DNA of 64,000 nt, filler included, from Octopus bimaculoides (GCF_001194135.2; 6 parts of 5 records of this genome joined end to end with filler, not necessarily neighbours in it), one strand, 5' to 3'. Positions 13,307-24,799 are shown, counted from the first letter of the whole stretch. Translations and numbers: made by a program. Notes: generated by a model from the letters alone, not told the origin.

Positions 13307-13494
13307 CAATTAATAAGAGGAATGACCACTAAAGTGGATTCCTAATATGCTAAAGATAGACGTCAAATTTCCTTACCACGAAGAGTGTGTTCTCAAGAAA
13401 CATCTCAACATAAACACCGGGATGAAAAATGAGCAAGACGTCTACCTTTAGCATATTAGAAATCTACTTTAGTGGTCATTCCTCTTATTAATTG
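13307..13494. mobile_element. MITE with ~58-bp terminal inverted repeats (Tc1/mariner-like, TA flank)
   Basis: caattaataagaggaatgaccactaaagtggattcctaatatgctaaagatagacgtc (13307-13364) versus gacgtctacctttagcatattagaaatctactttagtggtcattcctcttattaattg (13437-13494); TA on the right flank. Confidence 0.8.
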
Positions 13495-14114
13495 TAATAT
13501 AATTTTTAAATCTTCGGATTTTTTAAAATATGCTAGACCACTGGTTTAGATTGATTTTAATTGATTGATATCAATTTCTACCCTCCGGCGCTGTTTTTTT
13601 TTTTGTTTTTTTTTTCAACGCTCCCCGTAACTTAGTGGATCGGCAAAAGTAAACGATGAAATAATTAGCTAGCTTCAAATAAAGTAAATACTGGGTCTCA
13701 TTCATTCGACTAAAATTTTTCAAAGTGGAACTCCAGCATTGCCGCAGTCTAATGACTGAAACATGTAAAATGAAGAAAATAGATCCATATCCTATTATTT
13801 TGAAGGCGAAATATACATTATTTTCTATAATTATCAAGAATTTGATAAAACAACAAACTCATTGTTGATATGTCTTTAAGACAACCCGTGTGAAAAATTC
13901 AGAATCAATCAACATTTAACGCCTCAGATCATAAACCAAGCAAGAATGAATGCAGAACCACCTAGGTTACAAATTGTCTTAATGGAACTGTGTTGGCGAT
14001 CAGACCACAATTAAACGATCTCAGCTTTAGCGACTCAAGAAATAAGAATGATCCGAATAGGAAATTTGTGTTTCTAAATGACTAAAAATATTTTTTCACA
14101 ACGTAGTTTATAAA

Positions 14115-14124
14115 TCTCTCTCTC

Positions 14125-14169
<45 letters not shown>

Positions 14170-14245
14170 TTCTCTCACTTTCTCTCTCTATATATATGTC
14201 ACTGTCCCTGTTTTTCCGCACTCGTCTCTGTACACACATGCATGT

Positions 14246-14292
<47 letters not shown>

Positions 14293-14351
14293 TACAGCAA
14301 CGTGCACATCCACACGCATGCACCACTACTACTACTACTACTACTACTACC
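14115..14351. repeat. (TC)n, (CA)n and (CTA)n microsatellites
   Basis: Direct reading of the sequence. Confidence 0.95.
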
Positions 14352-15224
14352 GTCTTCTACATCTTCTGCCCCTTCTTCTTCGTATGCACCTTCATAAAAT
14401 TTGTCAACCCTATTAAAATTCTTGTTTATTACAACAATATCCTGACCGAACAATACTGTATAATGTTCAGACTCAGTAAACATAACATAAACGTGAATAT
14501 ATTTTTCCTTCCCGCGGACAATATTTGAGAGAGATTTTGCTGGTGTTCTTAACTAAAGACTGTTTATTGTCAAAGAGATACGCATACCAATTAAACAGCC
14601 GCAGTATTTTAATTATTTTTTTCTTTTCAAATCTCATCACACGCATACCGAGATAATTGTAGCTTCCAAGATCTTAATTATTTGTATTTTCTCCTTTACA
14701 ATAGGCTTCAACGTTTTAAGAAACAAGTACGTATGTTTATGTGAATGAGCGTTGCTCTATGTTGTATTGGCATTGCAACATATTTTCACGGGAAATATGT
14801 TGTTGAAATGGCAAAGAAGTCCTTAAAACGAATTTTTTCACATGTAACAAAAATATGCTGGCCATAATAATTCGAACTCCATTTTAAAACAGATAACACA
14901 GCAAGCTGACAGTAATAGCTGGTAGATTAAATGGACACAAGAATTTGAATAGAAATGTTATTATGGATCTCCTACAAAAATAAATGTTAAACTTTAAACT
15001 AGTGGGAAATGAATTCAGAGCATGACAATATTGATTTCGAATATTGGAGGAATGCCAGCAATTTTTACGGAGGAGAAAGTCGATTACATTGACACACCAG
15101 TAGTCGGCTAGTACTTATTTCATTGACTCTTGAAGGATGAAAGACAAAGTCTGCCTCTACGGAATCCGCCAACACACCGCCAAGAAAACCGAGAACAATA
15201 TTCTTTTCTCCTCTAGGCACAAGG

Positions 15225-16030
15225 CCCAAAATTTAGAGGGGAGGGGCCCAGTCTATTTGATCGACACTAGTGCACAACTGGTACTTCATTTTTCGACCCC
15301 GAAACGATGAATGGCAAAGTCGACCTCGGCGGAATTTGAACTCAGAACGTAAAGACAGACGAAATACCGCTAAGCATTTCGCCCGGCGTGCTAACGTTTC
15401 TTATTTCTTTATTGCCCACAATGAACCAAACATAGAGGGGACAAACAAGGACAGACAAAGGGATTAAGTCGATTACATCGACCCCAGTGCATAACTGGTA
15501 TTTAATTGATCGACCCCGAAAGAATGAAAAGCAAAGTCGTCCTCGGCGGAATTTGAACTCAGAACGTAACGGCAGACGAAATACCTATTTCTTTACTGCC
15601 CACAAGGGGCTACACACAGAGGGTACAAACAAAGACAGACAAACGGATTAAGTCGATTATATCGACCCCAGTGCGTAACTGGTACTTAATTTATCGACCC
15701 CGAAAGGATGAAAGGCAAAGTCGTCCTCGGCGGAATTTGAACTCAGAACGCAGTGGCAGACGGAATACCGCTAAGCATTTCGCCCGGCGTGCTAACGTTT
15801 CTGCCAGCTCGCAGACGGAATACTGCTAAGCATTTCGTCCAGCGTATCTTAGACCAAGAACAATATTGGTACAATGCCAGGAATTTCGGGGCTGGTGTTA
15901 CATCAACCCCAGTGCTCCACTGATATCTATTTTAATGAGCCCGAAAGGATGAAAGGCAAAAACTCAAACCCAGCAGAATTTGAACTCAGATGGAAAAAAT
16001 GCTACTAAGCATTTTAACCGGCTTGCTAAC
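15225..16030 (-). mobile_element. Nested/tandem cluster of at least four tRNA-derived SINEs; youngest copy 15586-15811
   Basis: Repeated gtcgacctcggcggaatttgaactcagaacgta...gaaataccgctaagcatttcgcccggcgtgctaacg; tails tatttctttattgcccacaa at 15402 and 15586. Confidence 0.9.
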
Positions 16031-16165
16031 GATTCTGCCAGCTTACTGCCGTAATTGCCGTGAATAATATTGCAAGGCATAATATCAATGCTGCTATAGC
16101 ATCACCGCGCTCTTCTGTTCTAATTAGGTTTATAGAGAAATTTATATGAGTATATCTCTTATCAG

Positions 16166-16205
16166 ATAATTGGTGTGCTTCAGTAAATTTGGATTTTTGC
16201 TACAG
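16166..16205 (+). CDS. Candidate micro-exon (xNWCASVNLDFCYR), phase 1 to 2
   Basis: Acceptor atatctcttatcag, consensus donor CAG|GTAAGT at 16206; one open frame. Confidence 0.3.
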
Positions 16206-16447
16206 GTAAGTTATCCGGTATCTCGGATAAGAATTCCTAAATACATATATCTGCCAAGTTCTTTATAGCCAATTTTAATTGAGTTTACATTTATATTTGA
16301 CATATGTGATATGCGGATAATGGTTGTTTGTCGGCGTCCAAATACTGTAATCAAATTACATCACCAGTGAAATTCTTTGTAAATCTCTTCCTATATAGAT
16401 ACATATATATTTGGAATGGGGAGTGAATGCGTGCATGTGTGTGTGAG

Positions 16448-16630
16448 TGGTGGCATGTAGTTTAGTGGATAGGAGAGTTGGACAAATGATTGTAAGATTG
16501 TGATTTCAATTCCTCGGCCAAGCGATGCGGTGTGTGTGTTTAAGGTAAGCGCTTCATTTCGCGTTACTTCAGTTCACTCAACGGGCATGGGTAACCATGC
16601 GACAGAACGGCGTCCCATCCAGTGGGGAAA
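16448..16630 (+). mobile_element. tRNA-derived SINE of a different family (CORE-like central part)
   Basis: A-box-like tagtttagtgg, B-box-like tttcaattcc, then gtaagcgcttcatttc...gtaaccatgcgacagaacggcgtcccatccagtgggga. Confidence 0.6.
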
Positions 16631-16692
16631 ACAAGGAAACTATGAGTCTGTATGACACAGAAAAGGTTCATTATTCCTTGTTTTCTCCGTAT

Positions 16693-16729
16693 TCTTTCTG
16701 TTGAAGAGCGTAGCTCGAAACGTCAAAGA
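16693..16729 (+). ncRNA. Minimal type I hammerhead-like motif with deviant core, in a Penelope-type 3' stub
   Basis: TCTTT-CTGTTGA-A-GAGC-GTA-GCTC-GAAAC-GTC-AAAGA: stem I TCTTT/AAAGA, stem II GAGC/GCTC, palindromic ACGT in place of stem III; core has U at A6 and an extra A. Confidence 0.4.
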
Positions 16730-17214
16730 CTTTCTGTATTCCCGAGCGTTAAACTAATACATCCTTTTGTTGTTTACACCATCTGTCCTCGTCTGTTGTT
16801 TTTTTTTTTCGTACATTCTCCCATATATATATATATATATATATACATATATAAGTAGGGTTTAAACTCCAACCTGTGTCCTCTTGAAACACATCTGCTT
16901 ATTCCAAAATTACAGTCCAGCATGTAGTTGCTATATTTTTGTGAGGTACTTATTAGAGTTGATAATTCCATAAAATATCAGTTGCATAGTTTTTACATAT
17001 CATAACGGGAAATTAGAGAAGTTGCCTTGATACAGCAATTTAGCAAGCGAAACATGACAAGTTGAATAATAATTATCAGAAGATATTTCCAACCTCTTGA
17101 ATATATATATAAATATATATATATATGTGTGTGTGTGTATTTATATATAGTTGTATGTATGTATGTACGTGATTGTGTGGATAAGTACAGGAGTAGGTTT
17201 ATTGATAGGTACAG

Positions 17215-17588
17215 ACGTGGCTGTGTAGTAAGAAACTTGGCTCCCAACCCCACATGGTTCCAGGTTCAGTCCCAGTGCATGGCACCCTAGGCAGGTGTCT
17301 TCCTGCTGAAGCACCACCTTTAGTTGAGAAAATCGACCCCTAGTACTTATTCTATCGGTCTCTTTTGCCGAACCGCTAAGTTACGGGGACGTAAACACAC
17401 TAGCATCCCTTGTCAAGCGATGTGTGTGGGGGGGGGGATAAATATACACACTCATACATACAAAGGATTCTTTCAGTTTCTGTCTACCAAATCCACTCAC
17501 AAGGCTTTGGTCGGCCCGAGGCTATAGTAGAAGACACTTGCCCAAGGTGCCACGCAGTGGGACTGAACCCGGAACCATGTGGTTGGTA
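17215..17588. mobile_element. Two copies of the dominant tRNA-derived SINE in opposite orientation: + head 17215-17305, - copy 17311-17588 running into a gap
   Basis: gtggctgtgtagtaag...cacatggttccaggttcagtccc...ggcaccctaggcaggtgtcttc versus gaagacacttgcccaaggtgccacgcagtgggactgaacccggaaccatgtgg. Confidence 0.92.
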
Positions 17589-20342
17589 NNNNNNNNNNNN
17601 NNNNNNNNNNNNNNNNNNNNNNNNNNNNNNNNNNNNNNNNNNNNNNNNNNNNNNNNNNNNNNNNNNNNNNNNNNNNNNNNNNNNNNNNNNNNNNNNNNNN
17701 NNNNNNNNNNNNNNNNNNNNNNNNNNNNNNNNNNNNNNNNNNNNNNNNNNNNNNNNNNNNNNNNNNNNNNNNNNNNNNNNNNNNNNNNNNNNNNNNNNNN
17801 NNNNNNNNNNNNNNNNNNNNNNNNNNNNNNNNNNNNNNNNNNNNNNNNNNNNNNNNNNNNNNNNNNNNNNNNNNNNNNNNNNNNNNNNNNNNNNNNNNNN
17901 NNNNNNNNNNNNNNNNNNNNNNNNNNNNNNNNNNNNNNNNNNNNNNNNNNNNNNNNNNNNNNNNNNNNNNNNNNNNNNNNNNNNNNNNNNNNNNNNNNNN
18001 NNNNNNNNNNNNNNNNNNNNNNNNNNNNNNNNNNNNNNNNNNNNNNNNNNNNNNNNNNNNNNNNNNNNNNNNNNNNNNNNNNNNNNNNNNNNNNNNNNNN
18101 NNNNNNNNNNNNNNNNNNNNNNNNNNNNNNNNNNNNNNNNNNNNNNNNNNNNNNNNNNNNNNNNNNNNNNNNNNNNNNNNNNNNNNNNNNNNNNNNNNNN
18201 NNNNNNNNNNNNNNNNNNNNNNNNNNNNNNNNNNNNNNNNNNNNNNNNNNNNCTTCCGTTTTTTCTAAACGATAACTGTTCTCTACAAAGAATTTTTTTT
18301 TTAAATAGAAGAACGCCGGTGATAGATAAGAAAATATTCCTCTTAAAAAATTATAGCCGGGCGATTTGTCTTCCTTCACTTGATATATTTTATAGAGCAT
18401 GCTCTTCTCCTGATTTATGATCTTATAACGAAGATATATATATATATATATAATACTAGTTTTGGACAAAGGCCGGGGCCATATCGGTGCATTGCATTTC
18501 AATGTGTTTGGGTATCTTTTCTGTACTGATATTAGTGGTAAAGAAACGAGTTAGACATCGGGGTCGCTCTTCTCTGTGCCTCGTGTTGTGATATGGATTC
18601 ATTTTTGAATTTCTAATACCCTGCAAATCTCTAAAGTCGTCTGAACAATTTTGCTTCCTTGAAACTCAAGCTGTCGGAAGATCGACTGGTCGACATGTTG
18701 AATTTATATAGCTAACAACCTAAACTTTGGATGCAATCATGACTTTTCCCCGCACAATTCTAGCTGAGAAAAAACATTTATGCCTGCGTACATAGACACA
18801 CACCATAACTATTTAACCACTGGGCTACACACTATATCACGTGACCGTTAAAATTTAGAGAGTCTCATTTGGGGACTGTCACTAGATATGTTCACTCAAC
18901 TCTTTCAGTCTTTATTTTCAGCACAAAAAATATAGTCATAAGATATTAACGTATAGAAGTTGCGGGGAACCTACAAGATTTTCTAAGGCTAATCACGTGA
19001 TCTTCCACTTTAAATTTTACAGATAAAATTCACACAGCCTCGATTGTTTGGGATTGTCACTAGAGATATTCACTCAACCGTGACAGCTTTAACTTACGGT
19101 GCAAAACATATGGTTGCATGTCAAGAACGGTCTTATCGGGAACATTTTGAATATTTCTAAACCTGATCATCCTCGTCAAGCAATTCGTATCCAAAACATA
19201 CTAATTTGAGCCTTATTCTCTCGATAAAAACAAGATACTTTTCGAATTCCAATCACAAGCAATCAGTTGCAATGTAGTCCATGCCTTTCTATCTCAACAG
19301 TGGAGTATTTGGGTCGATATAACTGACTGGTCCCCTCCCAAAAAATTTCGAACTTTGTGCCTAGAGTAGAAAAGAATATTTTATTAAAGCCGAACATTTA
19401 TAAGTATTACCATTAAAAAAAAAAAACATCAAGGCAAAAACAGTAAAATATCATTTATTAGAAGCAAGGGTAAATATTTTCCACTTAGCAAGTCTTATTT
19501 CTTTTGATGTTTACTTGTTTCAGTTGTATCACTGTGGCCATCAAAGTTTTGGTTGAACTGATCGAGCCCAGTACTTGGAAAGCTTACTTTCAAAACCAAA
19601 TATAAGCATCAGAATGACTTTTGAGTAATTGTTTAAAACATGAATATATCTGATTTTGATTGGAAGACTAAGATTCGCCTACTGTTCTAAGTGGCATCTA
19701 TCCCAGTTTGACGGAAAAAAATTTCATGTATTTTAATGGTTATCCTGATTTTTTAATGGTTTTAATGGTTATAATGATTGTGTTTTAATGTTTATCATGA
19801 AATATGCACTTATACCGGTTTTGAAAGTAAGCTCTTCATTTTGTTTGCAGAAACGCCAGGTTACGAGTACAAACACAAACTGACGTAGGTTGTCGAGCAG
19901 GTGCAAAAACACCCACCCATACAGACACAAATTCATATACACACACACACACAAGAATAAGATAAACCAGAATCGACCATACCAGCCAAATTATTCCTTC
20001 ACGAGATGGCTATAATCAGCCCCAATTGTGATGATTAAAAATCTTGTACATCGACATTTTTATTACATAAAAAGGTGAAAGATTAATGAATGGAAAATAA
20101 TGTCATTGAATAAGCAATTATCGCTTAAGTGAAGATGCAGGTCACAAAAAAAACCTTTGAACAGGATAATATGAAACAAGAAAAACATGGGGGAGATCTG
20201 CAATTCTGCAGTGTGGTGGAGTTCTTGGATCTGAATCGGGTCTGCGATTTTTTAGCTATGCATAACTTGCATATTTTTATCCATTAAAATATGGCATGGA
20301 CTTTTCAGCTATATTCCAATTGATTGTATGTAGTGTGGCTTA

Positions 20343-20597
20343 TCAGCTTAGTTGTTTCCTTTCATCTTTGTAGCAGAAGGAAGAGATATGGTTAGCACAC
20401 CGATCTTTCAAGTCACCTCCATGTAACGCAGTGTAACCCTTCTTTTCGCTTATGTTATCAAGCGCTACTGTAACGTCTGCCCCACATATAATGGATTTAA
20501 ACGTGCACCCCTGGTCGAATGCACAAGTTCCTGCGTCTAAGCGGTTACAAGTGGAAGTAGGCTTTTCATCACGTTTGCGTGTAATGATGCTCTTCAT
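20343..20597 (-). CDS. Unassigned 84-codon Cys-rich ORF/candidate exon
   Basis: MKSIITRKRDEKPTSTCNRLDAGTCAFDQGCTFKSIICGADVTVALDNISEKKGYTALHGGDLKDRCANHISSFCYKDERKQLS*; longest non-repetitive ORF outside recognisable TEs; six Cys; no signal peptide; in-frame stop six codons upstream of the ATG. Confidence 0.3.
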   Translation of the reverse strand: MKSIITRKRDEKPTSTCNRLDAGTCAFDQGCTFKSIICGADVTVALDNISEKKGYTALHGGDLKDRCANHISSFCYKDERKQLS

Positions 20598-21189
20598 ACA
20601 GAGGAAGCATCTTCATGGTAACTTAATCGAGTGCCTGATGAATATTTTACTGTACCTGTGACTCACAGAAATAGCAGATCCTTTTCAGATCTAAGAACTC
20701 CATTGCACTGCTGGATATCAGATCTGACACTTTTAGCGGGTGTAAACATATGGTTAAGTTCCTGTTGGCGAATTAGAAAATACCACCCTCCCCTGATTTA
20801 GTGGCGATTCTGCACACATTAGATCCCTATCCGTTCAGCCTATTATGGCTTTATGATCAAAGGGAACATAACTCCAATTCTCCCCGTTTTACTTCATATT
20901 TTGCCTTTTCCAGTTTTCTGTTAGTTTCCCGGTGTTTGCGCCGTTTCACTTTATACATCTATCTCTCTCTCGCCTTTGCTGCAATTTTCTCTTCTATCGT
21001 TCTGTTTTATCATGCATATAACATCTGAGCCCAGTCTGAAGATTGCATGAAAGCACCACACATGTTATAAAATGTCCTCAGTGTCATTTTTACTGCATCA
21101 AATTACATATATGTGTGTGTGTGTGTGTGTGATTGTGGATTTTCATGGATGAATTCAATAATTGTGGTTTTTCTATAAATTATATATAC

Positions 21190-23132
21190 ACACACACAAA
21201 ATAAGGATAAAACTAAATTCAACCAGATAGATTTTTTCTAATTACTCTGCTTCCATAAACCCAGTACTACTAAATAAGGCGATGATGTTTGCAAAGAAAA
21301 GTTCGGAGATTACTAGGGATGAAGTAGATGTTATTTTGGCGACTAGAAAATAAATGATTAAATTTGAGAATAAATATTGGATTAGGAAGGATAGACCGAA
21401 TATTGGATTAGGAACGATAGACTGAATATGGCTTCTACAGATCGGCACCACTTACTCATTTGGTAGGAATTTATATATTGTTTTCTCTAAATAGGGAATT
21501 CTCTGAAATAGCAGGAGGTTTATATAGGGATGATGCACTTTTTACAATTGTAAACTCGTCTAGTAGAATGTTGGAAAAATATAGAAAGACATTTTTAAGG
21601 TTTTTTTTTTAAATATAGGTCTATTTATAACGAGAGATCAGCATGACTCTGTTAACTTCTTAGATGTTACGCTGGAGATTAAAAAAGGAATTTACAAGTC
21701 ATTTCATAAACCTAATGAAAAGATAAAATATATAAATATTGGGAGTAATCATTTCAAATCTGTACCAAACTCACTTATAATGAACGTTTCGTCATGAATA
21801 AACAAATTGTCAGCCAATGAGAATATTTTCAAACTTAATGAAGATTGTTATAACTTGGCACTTATGAAAGCAAGTGTAATGATAAAATTAAGTTTAATAC
21901 GTCAAATGTCGAATCTGATTTAAATAGCAATTCTAATATTGCAGACCTAAAGTCTAGTACCATAAACAAATCTACTTACAACAAATGTATTTAAAATCAA
22001 ATTTCCAAGTTCAGTAATATACCAAGAGTAGGTGATATTAGTCGTGAGAATAAAAAGCTGAACATTTAAATTTATAACTAAAGAAAAATTCATTAGATTG
22101 TTGATAAGCGGGTTAAACATCCTGATACTGCTAATAGAAATGAAGATGTAGTATTCTCAAATAAAATCTCAAATTCTTTTAATATAAAATCTGCTAAAAG
22201 ATTTGAAGATTAGATTAAAAGCAAAATAAACACTAACTTTAAAATGGATCGAAATCAGAGAATACTTACTCCTTCAAAAAACAGGTATAAACATCAAAAT
22301 TATGAGCTTAATCCGAAGAATACTTTATAGTTAATTGTTCCATTTGGTAAACAGGTCAATTACAATTTTTCAAAATTGTTTAATATAGCAATTCAAAAAT
22401 ATTTGCCAAGAAACCATAGATATTACAAAATTTTTAATCGGCATAAGATTACATTAACTTATTGTCTTAATCGTAATATTGCACAACATATAGCAACACA
22501 TACTCCTTAAATAATATCGAAATTTTAAAAGAGCGATTACAATCAGAATAGCGTAATGAATTCGACGCATAATAAAGTCAAATGGAATAAAGAAATTCAA
22601 ATAAAAGCAATGCTAAGAAATGAAATGTCGTGGAAAGGGAAACAATCCAATTTAACATAAATAATAACGTCAAATCGAATAAAAGTTCAGCTAGAAATCA
22701 AGCAAAAATAACATTATCTAAAGGAGTAAGCTTTCATAGAGAACTTGGTGGAAGTGAATTTAATTCTACAATCAATGATCAAAGTGAAAATAAATCTGAC
22801 GGAAATTAAAAAAAAAAGGCTATCTTAGCAAACGTTCTGAACGGGAATCCTGTTATGTGATAAGTGTACAACTAAAAATGCAATATATAGATACATGGTT
22901 ACATCTGAGGGCATGGGATTTTTTTTACATCGGTGGGATATCATTAATTTCTAAGAAGAGACGAACGAATCATTTAAGTTCATTTGAGGACAAAAATAAA
23001 ATGTTCCAAACGAGTCTTAGCAAATTACTCTGGTTTTACAAGGACTATACGATTAAATGGGAGTCCATTTGTACTGCAAAACCATATAAACGTGGAACCA
23101 ATAGATGTGACCTTGTCTGGAAAAATTTTACG
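21190..23132 (+). mobile_element. Penelope-like retroelement, degraded RT + linker + GIY-YIG endonuclease
   Basis: SINPVLLNKAMMFAKKSSEITRDEVDVILATRK; SVNFLDVTL...GIYKSFHKPNEKIKYINIGSNH; FNRHKITLTY; YIGGIS..KKRRTNHLSSF...TSLSKLLW..KDYTIKWESICTAKPYKRGTNRCDL; many stops; 3' end cut by a SINE. Confidence 0.9.
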
Positions 23133-23535
23133 TTTACTCTTTACTCTTTTAATCGTTTCAGTCATTTGACTGAGGCCATGCTGGAGCACCGCCTTTAGTC
23201 GAGCAAATCGACCCCAGGACTTATTCTTTGTAAGCCAAGTACTTATTCTATCGTTCTCTTTTGCCGAACCACTAAGTTACGGGGACGTAAACATACCAGC
23301 ATCGGTTGTCAAGCAATATGGGGGGGGGGCAGACAGACAGACAGACACACACACACACACATATATATATATCACGGACTTCTTTCAGTTTCCGTCTACC
23401 AAATCCACTCACAATGATTTGGTCGGTCCGAGGCTATAGTAGAAGACACTTGCCCAAGGTGCCACGCAGTGGGACTGAACCCGGAACCATGTGGTTGGTA
23501 AGCAGGCTACTTATCACACAGCCACTCCTGCGTCT
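23133..23535 (-). mobile_element. Full-length tRNA-derived SINE (dominant family)
   Basis: Tail tttactctttactctttt, body ggccatgctggagcaccgcctttagtcgagcaaatcgaccccagg..., head ...ggaaccatgtggttggtaagcaggctacttatcacacagccactcctgcg. Confidence 0.95.
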
Positions 23536-23871
23536 AATTTAAAAGAGTAATTATTATTTAAACTATACAAGGTTTTGAAATGATGGACTGAAAATGATTA
23601 TCCAATAAGAATTTGAAATAGAGATCGTTCGTGATTGACTTAAGGAACAACTCTACATTATATAATGTGCAGAGTTTATAATAAGAAGATCATTAAATGG
23701 ACTTGCCAAAGGATATCAACTTAAGACCCTGAAGAGAATGCACCATTTTACAGTAGGGTTACAATTCCAACGATTACTAATCGGTGCAAATGAGACGTCT
23801 TTGTTTTAAAAGTCAGTTTATAATTATAGAATTAACGGTAATGTTATTGCCACTTCGGAGTTATTATTTTT

Positions 23872-23910
<39 letters not shown>

Positions 23911-23913
23911 GGT

Positions 23914-23957
<44 letters not shown>

Positions 23958-24430
23958 TACGGGATATCCCGGAGATCGCTCGTTAAGCGAAAGAACAGAA
24001 AACAGAGCAATAATTTCCCATAGTAGCAATGTTGAAAATCATAATTCTTTCTCAGAAAAATAATTTTCTAAGTAATCTATAATAATCGAAAATAAATGGC
24101 AATAAAACNNNNNNNNNNNNNNNNNNNNNNNNNNNNNNNNNNNNNNNNNNNNTTAATTAATTAANNNNNNNNNNNNNNNNNNNNNNNNNNNNNNNNNNNN
24201 NNNNNNNNAAATAAATTAATTAAAAAGTCTCTATCTGATCTGATATAAACGAAATTGTTACAAACACACATATGGACGCACATACTTACATATAAGCACG
24301 AACACATAAGTGCGTGCACACATATGAGCGTGCACACATACGAGCTTGCACACACTCACATGCTCATAGCAAACAGTTTCGAAACAACGTCAAAACAACG
24401 CTAGATCATATAAGTTACAACGCTAGACAA

Positions 24431-24471
24431 GTTACTGAAGAGATTGCAAGAGTGCAATGAAATAATTTAAC
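24431..24471 (+). ncRNA. Minimal type I hammerhead-like motif in a Penelope-type stub
   Basis: GTTA-CTGAAGA-G-ATTGCA-AGAG-TGCAAT-GAAA-TAATT-TAAC: canonical CUGANGA core, 6-bp stem II, stem I GTTA/TAAC; the C pairing with G10.1 is missing; AATAAA ~20 nt downstream. Confidence 0.45.
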
Positions 24472-24799
24472 AAAAACCTATATAAATTAATAAAGGACTG
24501 AACCAGTGCGTGTGTTTATTACCGGCATAATGCCTCTCCCAAGGTTTAATTGNNNNNNNNNNNNNNNNNNNNNNNNNNNNNNNNNNNNNNNNNNNNNNNN
24601 NNNNNNNNNNNNNNNNNNNNNNNNNNNNNNNNNNNNNNNNNNNNNNNNNNNNNNNNNNNNNNNNNNNNNNNNNNNNNNNNNNNNNNNNNNNNNNNNNNNN
24701 NNNNNNNNNNNNNNNNNNNNNNNNNNNNNNNNNNNNNNNNNNNNNNNNNNNNNNNNNNNNNNNNNNNNNNNNNNNNNNNNNNNNNNNNNNNTTATATAT

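Noticed and set aside
14199-14483. Acidic minus-strand ORF (FTESEHYTVLFGQDIV...YEEEGAEDVEDG)
   Set aside because: Runs into microsatellites, weak splice signals, no recognisable motif.
17410-18502. Long ORFs of 200-336 aa in the track (also around 30.5, 39.7, 47.7 and 56.5 kb)
   Set aside because: They are open only because they run through N gaps.
20186-20200. HGGDL pentapeptide shared between a plus frame here and the minus ORF
   Set aside because: A five-residue match is within chance expectation for a window this size, and the plus frame is closed on both sides.
20415-20490. Calling the 20.4-kb ORF an insulin-like peptide or ankyrin protein
   Set aside because: Second B-chain Cys and the A-chain CC motif are absent, and ankyrin spacing is off by 4-5 residues; kept only as an unassigned candidate.
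24153-24164. TTAATTAATTAA islands inside N runs (also 52718, 55476, 60360, 62899)
   Set aside because: Identical 12-mer always flanked by Ns; an assembly/scaffolding spacer, not biology.
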